Of a stretch of 17,588 bases of DNA, positions 8,769-16,607 are shown piece after piece. Position numbers and translations under genes: made by a program. Source of the DNA: a virus (Duplodnaviria; Heunggongvirae; Uroviricota; Caudoviricetes); IMG/VR virus record IMGVR_UViG_2734482774_000007, positions 1 to 17,588 of that record. One strand, written 5' to 3'. The notes under the pieces were generated by a model. The model was not told the origin of the DNA and searched no databases. It saw only the letters and a list, made by a program, of their open reading frames with translations. The stretch's first letter is position 1. Each line of letters begins with the position of its first letter.

Positions 8769-11102
8769 ATGTCAGGAATGAAAGTCAGTCAGGCCGTGAA
8801 GGCTGCCCGCGGTCACTGGGCTCAGATTCTGCCAGCGCTGGGCGTGAATATATTGAAAAATCGCCATCAGCCTTGCCCGGTCTGTGGCGGTAAAGATCGT
8901 TTTCGCTTCGACGATCAGGAAGGACGCGGAACATGGTTCTGCAATCAGTGCGGAGCCGGGGATGGTTTAGCGCTTGTCACCAGGGCACTGAATGTGGATA
9001 TCAGTGAAGCAGCTGACAGGATACATGGACTGACACATGATCTGTCTATAGTTAATTCCGAGGTCAGGACGTTAACCGCCGATACCGATAGCGGGAAAGA
9101 TGCAGCGGCAGCACTTGCCGCGCGACTGCTGCAAGCCTCGCGTGAATCTGCCGGAAACACTTATCTTACACATAAAGGTTTCCCGGAGCATATTTGCCAT
9201 GAGCTGACTTCAGCTCATAAGGCCGGTGGTGTGATGTTCCGCCCCGGTGATTTGATCGTCCCACTCTATAACGCTGACGGGGAGCTGGTGAATATTCAGC
9301 TTATCAGTGGCAATGGTAGCAAGTGTTTTCTTAAAGGAGGTCAGGTTAAGGAGGCCTATCATCTGATAGAAGGGGGCGGGAGTTCTGTAAGAAGGATTTG
9401 GATTGCGGAAGGTTACGCCACGGCGCTTACCATTCATTATTTGACAGGAGAAGCCGTCATGGTGGCATTTTCGTCGGTCAACTTTCTTTCTCTGAGCAGC
9501 GTTGCCCATAATAAGTATCCTGGATATCAGTTAATTATTGCAGCGGACCGCGATCTGAATGGTTCAGGCCAGAACAGGGCTGAAACTGCTGCAAAAGCGA
9601 GTCAGTGTGACATTGTGCTGCCACCGGTTTTTGGTGACTGGAATGATGCGCTTACCCAATACGGAGAGGAATCCACCCGGAAGGCAATTCTTGAGGCTTT
9701 GAAGCCACATAACGCCAGTCCTTTCGACACAATGAGTGAAGCAGAATTCACAGCGATGAGTGTCAGCGAAAAAGCTCAGAGGGTTCGGGAGCATTACAGG
9801 GATGCACTGGCGGTTGATCCGAACGGGCAGCTTTTATCCCGCTACGAGTCTGGAGCGTGGAAAGTTATTTCTCAGTCAGATTTTGCCCGAGATGTCGCAG
9901 CCCTTTTCCAGCGCCTCGGGGCACCGTTTTCCTCAGGAAAAATTGCCTCACTGGTGGAAACATTAAAGTTAATTGTTCCGCAGCAGCAAAATCCGTCACG
10001 TCATCTGATTGGTTTTCGTAATGGCGTTCTCGATACGCGAACAGGGCTTTTTAGTCCGCACTGTAAAGAGAACTGGCTGCGTACCCTGTGTGAAGTCGAT
10101 TTCACGCCACCGGTAAAGGGGGAAACGCTTGAAACTCATGCCCCGGCATTCTGGCGTTGGTTGGACCGGGCCGCCGGACACAAGCCAGCAAAACGCGACA
10201 TTATTCTTGCAGCGTTATTTATGGTGCTGGCGAACCGTTATGACTGGCAGCTCTTTCTGGAAGTGACTGGCCCTGGTGGAAGTGGCAAAAGTATTCTGGC
10301 TGAAATTGCGACCATGCTTGCTGGAGAGGATAACGCCACCTCTGCGACCATTGAAACGCTGGAGTCCCCGCGAGAACGTGCGGCTCTGATAGGTTTTTCT
10401 CTTATTCGCCTGCCTGATCAGGAGAAGTGGAGCGGCGACGGCGCCGGGCTTAAGGCTATAACTGGTGGCGATGCAGTATCTGTGGACCCCAAATATCAGA
10501 ATGCTTATTCAACACATATTCCGGCGGTTATCCTGGCCGTAAATAATAATCCTATGCGCTTCACTGATCGCAGTGGTGGTGTGTCCCGCAGGAGAGTTAT
10601 TCTGCATTTTCCTGAGCAGATAGCACCGGAAGAACGCGATCCGCAGTTGAAAGATAAAATTGCACGAGAACTGGCTGTGATTGTTCGTCAGCTCATGCAG
10701 CGTTTCAGCGATCCGATGAGCGCCAGAACATTGCTTCAGTCGCAGCAGAATTCTGATGAGGCTCTCACCATCAAGCGTGATGCTGATCCAGCATTTGATT
10801 TTTGTGGCTACCTTGAGGCATTACCTGACACCAACGGCATGTTTATGGGGAACGCCAATATTGTCCCGCGCCAGCCACGTACGTACCTTTACCATGCCTA
10901 TCTCGTATACATGGAGGCTAATGGCTTTAAAAATACCCTTAGCCTGACAATGTTTGGCAAAGGGCTACCAGTTATGCTGAAGGAATACGGGCTAAATTAT
11001 GAGAAGCGGCGAACTAATCAGGGAATGCAGACTAACCTCACTTTAAAAGAGGAAAGTAATGCAGACTGGCTTCCCAAGTGTGATGAGCTAACAATCAAAT
11101 AA
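8769..11102 (+). CDS. P4 alpha-type primase-helicase
   Basis: 777 aa from the ATG at 8769 (SD GAGGGAGA 9 nt upstream); the track's 8718 start is non-ATG. Zinc-binding primase motif CPVCGGKDRFRFDD...CNQCG; Walker A GPGGSGKS in the C-terminal helicase part. Length equals that recalled for P4 alpha. Confidence 0.9.
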   Translation: MSGMKVSQAVKAARGHWAQILPALGVNILKNRHQPCPVCGGKDRFRFDDQEGRGTWFCNQCGAGDGLALVTRALNVDISEAADRIHGLTHDLSIVNSEVRTLTADTDSGKDAAAALAARLLQASRESAGNTYLTHKGFPEHICHELTSAHKAGGVMFRPGDLIVPLYNADGELVNIQLISGNGSKCFLKGGQVKEAYHLIEGGGSSVRRIWIAEGYATALTIHYLTGEAVMVAFSSVNFLSLSSVAHNKYPGYQLIIAADRDLNGSGQNRAETAAKASQCDIVLPPVFGDWNDALTQYGEESTRKAILEALKPHNASPFDTMSEAEFTAMSVSEKAQRVREHYRDALAVDPNGQLLSRYESGAWKVISQSDFARDVAALFQRLGAPFSSGKIASLVETLKLIVPQQQNPSRHLIGFRNGVLDTRTGLFSPHCKENWLRTLCEVDFTPPVKGETLETHAPAFWRWLDRAAGHKPAKRDIILAALFMVLANRYDWQLFLEVTGPGGSGKSILAEIATMLAGEDNATSATIETLESPRERAALIGFSLIRLPDQEKWSGDGAGLKAITGGDAVSVDPKYQNAYSTHIPAVILAVNNNPMRFTDRSGGVSRRRVILHFPEQIAPEERDPQLKDKIARELAVIVRQLMQRFSDPMSARTLLQSQQNSDEALTIKRDADPAFDFCGYLEALPDTNGMFMGNANIVPRQPRTYLYHAYLVYMEANGFKNTLSLTMFGKGLPVMLKEYGLNYEKRRTNQGMQTNLTLKEESNADWLPKCDELTIK

Positions 11103-11110
11103 TTACAACT

Positions 11111-11137
11111 AACCCGGCTGATGCCGGGTTTCTTATT
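11111..11137 (+). terminator. Rho-independent terminator after the primase gene
   Basis: 8-bp stem aacccggc / gccgggtt with loop tgat, followed by tcttatt. Confidence 0.6.
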
Positions 11138-11453
11138 GGAAACGTACGAATGTAGAGATAGCAGTTCACTCTTCACCTAACTGTTAATACATAACCAATT
11201 GATATATAAATTAAAAGTTGCAGAGTGAATAGTGTGCATGGTTTTGCGAAAAAAAAGTATTTTTTGTTGAGTCAAGTCCCGGTTTGGATCCGTTTAACGG
11301 AACCTAACTGGATTGACTATTTCTTCGATAATTTTTGGATAAATAATCAACAAAAATCAAAATGTGAACAGCGAATGGAGGGGGCACAAAAGGGGGCATA
11401 ATTGAATTAATTATTAATAAAATCCATTTTTTACAACAATTTAAATGAATATG

Positions 11454-11473
11454 CGAGTCCGGCCTTCGCACCA
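11454..11473 (+). repeat. attR: direct repeat of the 3' end of tRNA-Leu (leuX)
   Basis: cgagtccggccttcgcacca resembles the recalled leuX 3' end (T-loop end, T-stem, acceptor stem, CCA) with one G missing. Upstream sequence is not tRNA-like, so only the 3' core is duplicated. Confidence 0.6.
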
Positions 11474-11489
11474 CACCGTATGCAAATCG

Positions 11490-11513
11490 AGCCGCTCAAG
11501 AGCGGCTTTTTTT
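11490..11513 (+). terminator. Rho-independent terminator following the tRNA-3'-end repeat (displaced native tRNA terminator)
   Basis: Stem agccgctc / gagcggct with a short loop, followed by a 7-T run. Confidence 0.6.
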
Positions 11514-11697
11514 GTGTCTGAAATCCGTTAGTTACCTATCTTTCTCGCTATTTTAACTCTCTCAGGGCTAACCAATTCCAACCCATCGCAAACGAAAAAT
11601 GTTGGTACAGGCGTTGGTATTTTCGGTTCGACATTAATTTGTATTAGCTCAGTCCTGATCTGACAGCTATCTGCCAGATCAGGTTCGGATTAATACA

Positions 11698-12548
11698 TTA
11701 TATCTGCCCGCCTACACCTTTAAACTTCTCAATAAACGCGACGATCTTCTGGAAAACCGTCTGTTTTTTCGTCTTATATTGCGGATTTAACGGACTGAGT
11801 TTTGGCAATGTCTCGTTTAATTCCGTGCCATTTTCGGTGGCGTATTCGCGTTTTAAAGACGTGCGAATATAGCGTTTCGCCGCCTCTTCATTGAGATTTT
11901 CTTCTTTGATCAAGGCTTCTGCTTCACGTTGCTGTTCGCGTTGAGCAAAGGTAAAAAACGCGTCAATGATGCTGGCTTTATCCGGCAAATCATCCAGGTT
12001 CGTTTGCTGAATAAAATCGACCACCAGACCTTCTTTGGCACGGTTACCAAGGCTCGAACGAATTAAGCGCTTGACCTCTTCGGTCATTTCGCCCTTACCT
12101 TTGTTTTGTCTGTTGTGTTCGAAAATCAGTCCAAGGATATAATCCAGGTTTATTTCCTGAGACTTCAGCAAATCGACCTCAAAAACCACGTCATCCCAGT
12201 CGGTGGTTGATTTTTCTTTTTTGTCAGCTTCTTTCTCACGGCGCTGCCAGTCACGAATATCGTTATAGGCTGAACGATAATCCTGAATCTTGCGATCAGC
12301 AGGGAGACGAATTATTTGCAATTCAGCGAGCTTTTCATCATCCACATAATGTTCTGCTTTGAATTTTTCTACTGCAACAGGATCACTAAGATCGATTTGT
12401 TGCAGGGCTTTCAGCGTGGCAAATTCATCATAGTTTTGCAGGATGTTCTCGGCACGCAGGTATTCACCAAACAGTTTTACGAAGTCTTTCTTCTCTTTTT
12501 CACTTTCAATATTGGCAGGGTCAGGGAACCGTTGTTCCAGTTCTGAAA
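11698..12548 (-). pseudogene. Type I restriction enzyme R subunit (HsdR) C-terminal fragment
   Basis: The frame is open from about 12545 to the stop at 11698 (about 283 codons) with no plausible ATG/RBS at its 5' end. Helical sequence ([10 protein letters not shown]..., [43 protein letters not shown]) resembles the conserved HsdR C-terminal domain as recalled. No helicase or nuclease motifs are present. Confidence 0.5.
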
Positions 12549-12803
12549 CTAGATGAAGTAGCCTTTGGTTTTGATGGCATCGTCTTTAATGTCATCAGTT
12601 ATTACGCTGTCATCCAGTTTCGCATAACAGATACTGTCATCACCGGCTTCAATATAGCTGGAAAAATTTTCGCTGATAAAACGGTAGAAAAGCGCGCCCA
12701 GAACGTATTGCTTAAAGTCCCATCCATCGACCGAACCTCTGACATCGTTAGCAATTTGCCAGATCTGGCGATGAAGCTCCGCGCGCTGCTGAAGACTGGT
12801 CAT
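12549..12803 (-). pseudogene. Type I R-M methyltransferase (HsdM) N-terminal fragment, truncated after 84 codons
   Basis: LQQRAELHRQIWQIANDVRGSVDGWDFKQYVLGALFYRFISENF is a typical HsdM N-terminal domain signature. Good RBS (AAGGA, 6-nt spacer) at the ATG at 12803. The frame ends in TAG and continues in another frame into the HsdR-like sequence, with no methyltransferase motifs. Confidence 0.65.
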
Positions 12804-13109
12804 TTTTTATCCTTTGAATGTGTTTTTAACGTCGGCTTTTGCCGGGATTTTACCGGAAGTTTTTTGGTTTTTCAGATTTGTATGATGGTGAGGAGGGGAT
12901 TCAGCACCAGATTGTTAGTGCATCTTACTCAGCATTCACCGCTTGAGTCAGGAGGCTACTTTATATGTCCATCGTCCATCCGTAGGTGATCAGATAATTT
13001 ATTGCGAGTCACCTTCCCGATTTTCAATCTCATTATTTACCCAATCTTTCACCAGTGGATAATTCGTCTGCTACTAACGGCGAGTGTATTTTTTTACGGA
13101 TGAAAGATT

Positions 13110-13943
13110 ATGCAAACAGAAGCTGAAGTCTTAACCGATCATAACGAACTAATTTGCTCGACCAGTATTGAGCGTATCGTCACAGGACGTGATAGTGCAC
13201 TGAACCAGATAGCGGCGTTAATCCAAAAGCTTGATGATATCTCCAGCCTGACATCCAGTATTGGCGGTGATGTGGCTGGAACCTGGGCAATGCGTAATGG
13301 ATATGCCTTTGATTGCTGGCTGATGCAGCCAACCGACAAAGCGATGCCGGTGATCACCCGAAATATCGATCGCAGTATCTGGCGCGATCTCATGCTGAAG
13401 TCCGGGATGTTGACTCTGATGGATGCCGAAGCCCGCAGTCAGTGGGCAAAGAACCTGGAGGAGGGCGATCTCCCGGCGATTAGCGAAGCCAACATCCTGA
13501 GTACCTTTGAACAACTTCACCACAATAAGCAGGACGTTTTCGAACGTGGGATTATCAATGTATTTAAGGGATTAAGCTGGGACTACAAAACCAATAATCC
13601 CTGTTATTTCGGTAAGAAGATTATCGTTAACAATCTGGTGAAGCATGACAGATGGGGCTACAGCCTGAACTGGGGCTGGCGGCGAGATCAGCTTGCCGAT
13701 CTGGAACGGATGTTCTATCTGCTGGATGGGAAGACCATTCCCGATAACCGGCATGATGTTGCGATTCGGTTTATGGACTTCGTTAGTGCTCACCCGCATG
13801 AACAGGTATTTGATGACGATTTATTTGTCATCCGCTATTACCAGAAAGGCAGTGGGCATATCACTTTCAAGCGACTGGATCTGGTGGATAAGATGAATGA
13901 TATCGTGGCGAAGCACTTTCCGTCAGCGTTATCAGCAAAATGA
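13110..13943 (+). CDS. Hypothetical protein (277 aa) immediately upstream of the AbiE pair
   Basis: Long ORF with ordinary codon usage and no motif I can assign by eye. Ends 70 bp before the AbiEi-like start on the same strand. Confidence 0.6.
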   Translation: MQTEAEVLTDHNELICSTSIERIVTGRDSALNQIAALIQKLDDISSLTSSIGGDVAGTWAMRNGYAFDCWLMQPTDKAMPVITRNIDRSIWRDLMLKSGMLTLMDAEARSQWAKNLEEGDLPAISEANILSTFEQLHHNKQDVFERGIINVFKGLSWDYKTNNPCYFGKKIIVNNLVKHDRWGYSLNWGWRRDQLADLERMFYLLDGKTIPDNRHDVAIRFMDFVSAHPHEQVFDDDLFVIRYYQKGSGHITFKRLDLVDKMNDIVAKHFPSALSAK

Positions 13944-14012
13944 ATGTCGTATGTTTGCTATCTAAAATGTCGTATTTTTGCTACTCTTTATGCAATGACT
14001 CTGGAGGCGAAT

Positions 14013-14408
14013 ATGACGATAAAAGCACGCATTCAGTCACGACTGAAACGTTCTAAACGTTACGTATTCACTCGTGACGACTTTAAAGATATTGCAGGCT
14101 ACGATCAGGTTGGTCGGGTATTGCGCGAGCTTGTCAGGGAAGGGCAACTGTTGAAGGTTGGTTATGGCGTGTATACCAAAGCACGGCGGAACGGTATTAC
14201 AGGCAAGGTAATGCCAGCGGCTCCCGGAGGCTCTTCAGCGGTGATTGTCGAAACGCTGGAACGCCTGAAAGTACGCTATCGTTTTGCTGGCGCAACGCAG
14301 GCATACAATAGCGGTACTTCTACGCAGATCCCAGCTTCACCCGAGATAAAAACCCCCCGGCGTTTTAAACGCGTATTATCTGTAGGGAACAGCAGATTAA
14401 ATGGATGA
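14013..14408 (+). CDS. AbiEi-family antitoxin / transcriptional regulator (type IV TA, abortive infection)
   Basis: 131 aa from the ATG at 14013 (SD GGAGG, 5-nt spacer). N-terminal RYVFTRDDFKDIAGYDQVGRVLRELVREGQLLKVGYGVYTKA fits the AbiEi winged-helix pattern. Stop overlaps the AbiEii start by 8 nt. Confidence 0.7.
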   Translation: MTIKARIQSRLKRSKRYVFTRDDFKDIAGYDQVGRVLRELVREGQLLKVGYGVYTKARRNGITGKVMPAAPGGSSAVIVETLERLKVRYRFAGATQAYNSGTSTQIPASPEIKTPRRFKRVLSVGNSRLNG

Positions 14409-15348
14409 TTTAACCACTCTTTTTTCTGAAGTGGCTGACGCGCTTGGTATTGAGTCTGTCGCAATTGTGGAAAAAGATCACTATATCGTTGAGCTTTTGC
14501 AATTGCTTAAACCTCTGGTGTTCGATACTCATCAATTGGTATTTGCCGGAGGAACCGCTCTGGCAAAATCAGGTGTCGCACTTAATCGCATGTCGGAAGA
14601 TGTGGATATCAAACTGGTGCCTAAGGATGCATTTCAGGCACTTTCCCGCACTCAGCGAAAAAATACCCGTAAAGAAATTGTTCAGGCAGTTTCCAGTGCA
14701 ATAGCTTCATCGGGTGTGTTCAATTTTGATGATGATTACCCAAAAGTGACGCGGGATGAATATCGTTATAATGACATACCTGTTCGTTATCCACAGCGAG
14801 TAGTGCAGGCACCTTGTTTGCGTCCTTTTATCCGGCTGGAATTGATGGAAGCGAAGTTACTGGAGCCTTCTGAATTACGGGATATTCATTCACTGGTAAC
14901 AGGGATCACGGGAAAAGCGGCTATTGTTTCAGCGTTTCCATGCGCAACTATCATTAGCTCACAGGCAGAAAAGCTGGTGGCGATGTTACGTCGTACTGCG
15001 GCAGTTGTGCGAGATGTTGAGCGATTTGATGATGCATCGCTGGTACGTCATATCTACGATACAAACTGTATTGTTGAGACGAGTCATGTTGATATGAGTC
15101 TGCTCGTTGATTTTGTTCAACAAACTATTGAGCAGGACATTCAGCGTTACGGCAACCAGTACCCGCAGTTTTGCGCGTCTCCAGTTGATGAGCTAAAAAT
15201 GGGACTGGATGAGTTGGCGAACAATCCTCTCTACGAGATGCGCTATCAGCAGTTTGTTTCGCCAATGGTGTATGGAGAGCGAAAGATCACATGGGATGAG
15301 GCTTACTCCAGGTTTAGGAGCTTAGCGCTAGCCATCCTGAATGCTTGA
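14401..15348 (+). CDS. AbiEii-family nucleotidyltransferase toxin (type IV TA, abortive infection)
   Basis: 315 aa. Nucleotidyltransferase motif LVFAGGTALAKSGVALNRMSEDVDIKL (GG...S-E-D-x-D) near the N-terminus. Confidence 0.8.
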   Translation: MDDLTTLFSEVADALGIESVAIVEKDHYIVELLQLLKPLVFDTHQLVFAGGTALAKSGVALNRMSEDVDIKLVPKDAFQALSRTQRKNTRKEIVQAVSSAIASSGVFNFDDDYPKVTRDEYRYNDIPVRYPQRVVQAPCLRPFIRLELMEAKLLEPSELRDIHSLVTGITGKAAIVSAFPCATIISSQAEKLVAMLRRTAAVVRDVERFDDASLVRHIYDTNCIVETSHVDMSLLVDFVQQTIEQDIQRYGNQYPQFCASPVDELKMGLDELANNPLYEMRYQQFVSPMVYGERKITWDEAYSRFRSLALAILNA

Positions 15349-15385
15349 TATGCAGCATTGTCTTTACTTGAAATTCTGAAATTCT

Positions 15386-15571
15386 CTAAACCATAGAGAT
15401 GATTTTTATGATCCAGTCTTTCTCTTGTTGAGATAGTTCCAGTTTGCTCACTCGTGTTAAGAAGGTATTGATCACCTGAACATCCGAATTGGTGAGCCTA
15501 TTTAATAGAGCGGGTGGTATACCTTTACTAACAATCGCTTTGCGGTGACTTTCGTAGTTTTTATTACTCAT
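15386..15571 (-). CDS. Small hypothetical protein (61 aa)
   Basis: ATG at 15569-15571 preceded by GAGGA with a 6-nt spacer. AT-rich. No recognisable motif. Confidence 0.4.
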   Translation of the reverse strand: MSNKNYESHRKAIVSKGIPPALLNRLTNSDVQVINTFLTRVSKLELSQQEKDWIIKIISMV

Positions 15572-15636
15572 TGTTGATCCTCAAATATCATTGTATGGCG
15601 GCATTGATCGTTTCCAGCAACCTTTACTTACTCACT

Positions 15637-15813
15637 TCAAACTGCATCCTCGTAGACTGTTCCACTACAATAATCGAAAAGGCGTGGATGTCCATTCAGG
15701 TATCCCGCTAATACGTATAGCAATAACAATGGTTTATGCGGTGCGCGCTGTTCACCCTTATGCCAGATTTTTATATTGGCAATTGCCTGCTGTAGCGATT
15801 TACTGGAAGCCAT
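15637..15813 (-). CDS. Small hypothetical protein (about 58 aa from the internal ATG)
   Basis: The track ORF starts at a TTG (15870). The internal ATG at 15811-15813 (MASSKSLQQ...) is preceded by AGGGA with a 5-nt spacer. Could be a fragment. Confidence 0.3.
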   Translation of the reverse strand: MASSKSLQQAIANIKIWHKGEQRAPHKPLLLLYVLAGYLNGHPRLFDYCSGTVYEDAV

Positions 15814-15949
15814 TGATATCCCTGGCAGTGAAATAATTGCGATCATGCTCGCAAATTTTCTGCTGTTCAAGCCTGCAAGTGAAGATATATTACTTTGATC
15901 TCATTTGTTTTTTTGCTGCTTGTTCTGAGAACGTATAAGGACATTCTCT

Positions 15950-16600
15950 ATGAATAAACTCCCCGATCATCTTCCGCGGCGGTATATCATCGAAGCTATT
16001 CATTTATGGGATGCGGGAGAAACTCATCAGTTCCAGCCTGCACGGTTGTATGAAATTGAATATCATGGCCGACGTTACCCCTCGAAGGCGATTGCTGGCA
16101 TCGCAGCGACATTGATGACGGGGACGCAATTTACCCCTGCGGATTTCACCGGCGGAATAAAATCTAAATGTGTCAAGCTACTCATAGAGCAGGGATTTCA
16201 TATTCATCAGGATAAAGCCGCTGCGGCTCCCATAGCCGACGTTCTGTTCCCGGATGAGCTGCCGTCGCAGGGGACCTACGTTGAAGGTGCGGCGATAAAG
16301 GTGACAGTAAACCGCTATGAACGCGATAAAAAGGCCCGAGATAAAGCGGTCGAACATCATGGATGCCAATGCAACGTATGCGGCGTTGATCTGGTGAAGA
16401 TCTATGGTGATATCGCTGAAGGCTTTATCCATGTGCATCACCTGGTGCCGCTTTCAGCCATTAAAGAGGATTACCAGCTGGATCCAGTTAATGATTTGCT
16501 TCCTGTGTGCCCTAATTGCCATGCGATGCTGCACCGACGCAAACCACCGTTTACGCCGGAGCAGTTAAAAGCGCTAATGGATGCGAATAAATCAAATTAA
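15950..16600 (+). CDS. HNH endonuclease family protein with an uncharacterised N-terminal domain
   Basis: 216 aa. C-terminal HNH/zinc-binding motif CQCNVCG...HVHHLVPLS...NDLLPVCPNCHAMLH. SD AAGGA upstream. Stop is 7 bp from the convergent nanS stop. Confidence 0.8.
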   Translation: MNKLPDHLPRRYIIEAIHLWDAGETHQFQPARLYEIEYHGRRYPSKAIAGIAATLMTGTQFTPADFTGGIKSKCVKLLIEQGFHIHQDKAAAAPIADVLFPDELPSQGTYVEGAAIKVTVNRYERDKKARDKAVEHHGCQCNVCGVDLVKIYGDIAEGFIHVHHLVPLSAIKEDYQLDPVNDLLPVCPNCHAMLHRRKPPFTPEQLKALMDANKSN

Positions 16601-16607
16601 TGAACGC

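Larger units (their letters stand above)
1..11473 (+). mobile_element. P4-like phage satellite prophage; left end (attL/tRNA) lies upstream of the window, right end at the attR repeat
   Basis: Gene order matches P4: int, cargo slot, ogr/delta-psu-sid operon, vis/alpA, immunity region, alpha primase, then a tRNA-3'-end repeat. Length is close to the roughly 11.6 kb P4 genome. Confidence 0.75.

Noticed and set aside
8945-10181. Several 60-100-aa ORFs on both strands inside the primase gene
   Set aside because: Embedded within a 777-aa ORF carrying clear primase and helicase motifs; they are shadow frames.
15591-15836. 81-aa plus-strand ORF overlapping the 15637-15813 minus-strand small ORF
   Set aside because: No RBS; overlaps the minus-strand ORF that does have one. 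At most one of the two is real, and the minus-strand one is better supported.
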